DNA from: Podarcis pityusensis
Taxonomy: Eukaryota
Assembly (NCBI GenBank): GCA_964106645.2
Contig: OZ067041.1
DNA length: 64,000 nt
Direction: 5' to 3' (one strand)
Below the pieces are notes generated by a model. The model made no database searches, was not told the origin of the DNA, and saw only the letters and a program-made list of their open reading frames with translations. Both the position numbers and the translations under genes were made by a program. Shown here one piece after another: positions 63,101 through 64,000 of the stretch (its first letter is position 1; each line of letters begins with the position of its first letter).

Positions 63101-63912
63101 CTTCTGACACTGTTCCAGAGGTTCCCCAACCCTCCAGAGTAGTTGGGGTGTATATGTGCAGAGAAGGACCAATGAAAATCACCTTCCCCACGCTTCTGTG
63201 AATTAGACCTGGAAACATCCCATTTATTGAACAGAAATCCTCTCATGGATCTCTGAATCCAACTTAAGATTTGTAATGCAATCATTTCCATCATTCCATA
63301 CAATTATTCCATTCTTTAAAAAAGGGTTGTTGAAATATATTAAAAATGACTCCTTCATTTTCTCCTCTTTCAAATAAATATAATGTATTTCTCCAAATTC
63401 ACTGTCTATAAAAGTTTACTTAAATCAGTTTTTAATATCATTAAGTGTCCACTGATCTATTTCAATTGCCTCTGTTTTGTATATCCACATGTACACACTT
63501 TGGCCAATAGCAGTAAGGGATCAACCAAATGCCTTTTCCCAGTTTAAACTGGAGAGACTATCCACTCAGATGGCGGGAACTGGGAACTGTGGTTTGGAAT
63601 CCCATGATTTCCTTCCAGTGGCAGTGAACCTTTGGATCCAAATCTGTCTCTTCGTTCCTTGCTATCTTTCCAAAGGCCTCTCACTGTCAATAGAATTGAG
63701 CGGTATAAACTGCTTGTTCGCATATCCACTATGATGTAGTTTTTGAGATGTTCTAACTACGATTCTTTTATTCTAGATGTTTTGCAGTAGGAAGCAAAGA
63801 TATGTCAACGTGGGTGTTTGGAGCAGAGCGATGGGCCAATCTGATTTATTATGCATTGGGAGGTCATAAGGATGCAATTGTTGCCTGTTTTTTTGAAGGA
63901 AACAGTCTAGAT
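60135..63912 (+). CDS. PWP2: Periodic tryptophan protein 2 (UTP1, SSU processome WD40 protein); exons 1-6, gene continues beyond the window
   Basis: Spliced frame MKFAYK|FSNLLGTVYRHGNLNFTPDGNSLISPVGNRITVFDLK...YALGGHKDAIVACFFEGNSLD matches the recalled human PWP2 N-terminus; lies next to TRAPPC10 as in human. Confidence 0.96.
60286..60414. mobile_element. hAT-Blackjack-like MITE in PWP2 intron 1
   Basis: Imperfect TIRs cagaccttccaag and gttggagagtatg; repeated gtccc motifs; only a partial TSD (tgatcc). Confidence 0.55.
61117..61229 (+). CDS. PWP2: PWP2 exon 2
   Basis: FSNLLGTVYRHGNLNFTPDGNSLISPVGNRITVFDLK; |gtatgc. Confidence 0.96.
61658..61752 (+). CDS. PWP2: PWP2 exon 3
   Basis: NKSETLSLATQYNVACVGLSPDGNLAILVDE; |gtattt. 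Confidence 0.96.
62006..62105 (+). CDS. PWP2: PWP2 exon 4
   Basis: GAALLVSLISKSVIHRFHFQKPVHSVCFSPNG; |gtaaga. Confidence 0.95.
62488..62631 (+). CDS. PWP2: PWP2 exon 5
   Basis: KFVVTKENVALMYHAPGKKREFNAFVLDTTYYGAYDETTCIDWTDDS; |gtaagt. Confidence 0.97.
63777..63912 (+). CDS. PWP2: PWP2 exon 6
   Basis: CFAVGSKDMSTWVFGAERWANLIYYALGGHKDAIVACFFEGNSLD; |gtatgt. Confidence 0.96.
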
Positions 63913-64000
63913 GTATGTACCTCTTATATATATATTGCATTGGTTTTTATGATTAGTGTACTTTGCTTTTGGATAATTATATGGCACAAGTCAATGAAAG

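Overview
Eukaryotic genomic DNA from a squamate, most likely a lacertid lizard, judged from Sauria-type SINEs and tRNA-head/CR1-tail SINEs. The window holds the complete TRAPPC10 gene on the + strand: 23 coding exons from 12961 to 54972, 3855 nt, 1284 aa. Downstream on the same strand are the first six coding exons of PWP2 (60135-63912, continuing past the window end). This order matches human 21q22.3. Each gene starts in a CpG island. The remainder is intronic or intergenic DNA with SINEs, L2 and CR1 LINE fragments, Tc1/mariner (Tigger-like) and hAT MITEs, and microsatellites. Most ORFs in the supplied track are spurious or are single exons running into introns. The best second-look items are: a U12-type minor intron (TRAPPC10 intron 12); a uORF, polyalanine extension and three in-frame AUGs at the TRAPPC10 start; a SINE tail occupying the exon 5 branch-point zone; a 59-bp intron/3'UTR duplication; and a PWP2 exon 1 donor formed at a 13-bp tandem duplication. 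I found no convincing wholly new biological system. Homology calls rest on my recall of the human proteins, not on a database search.
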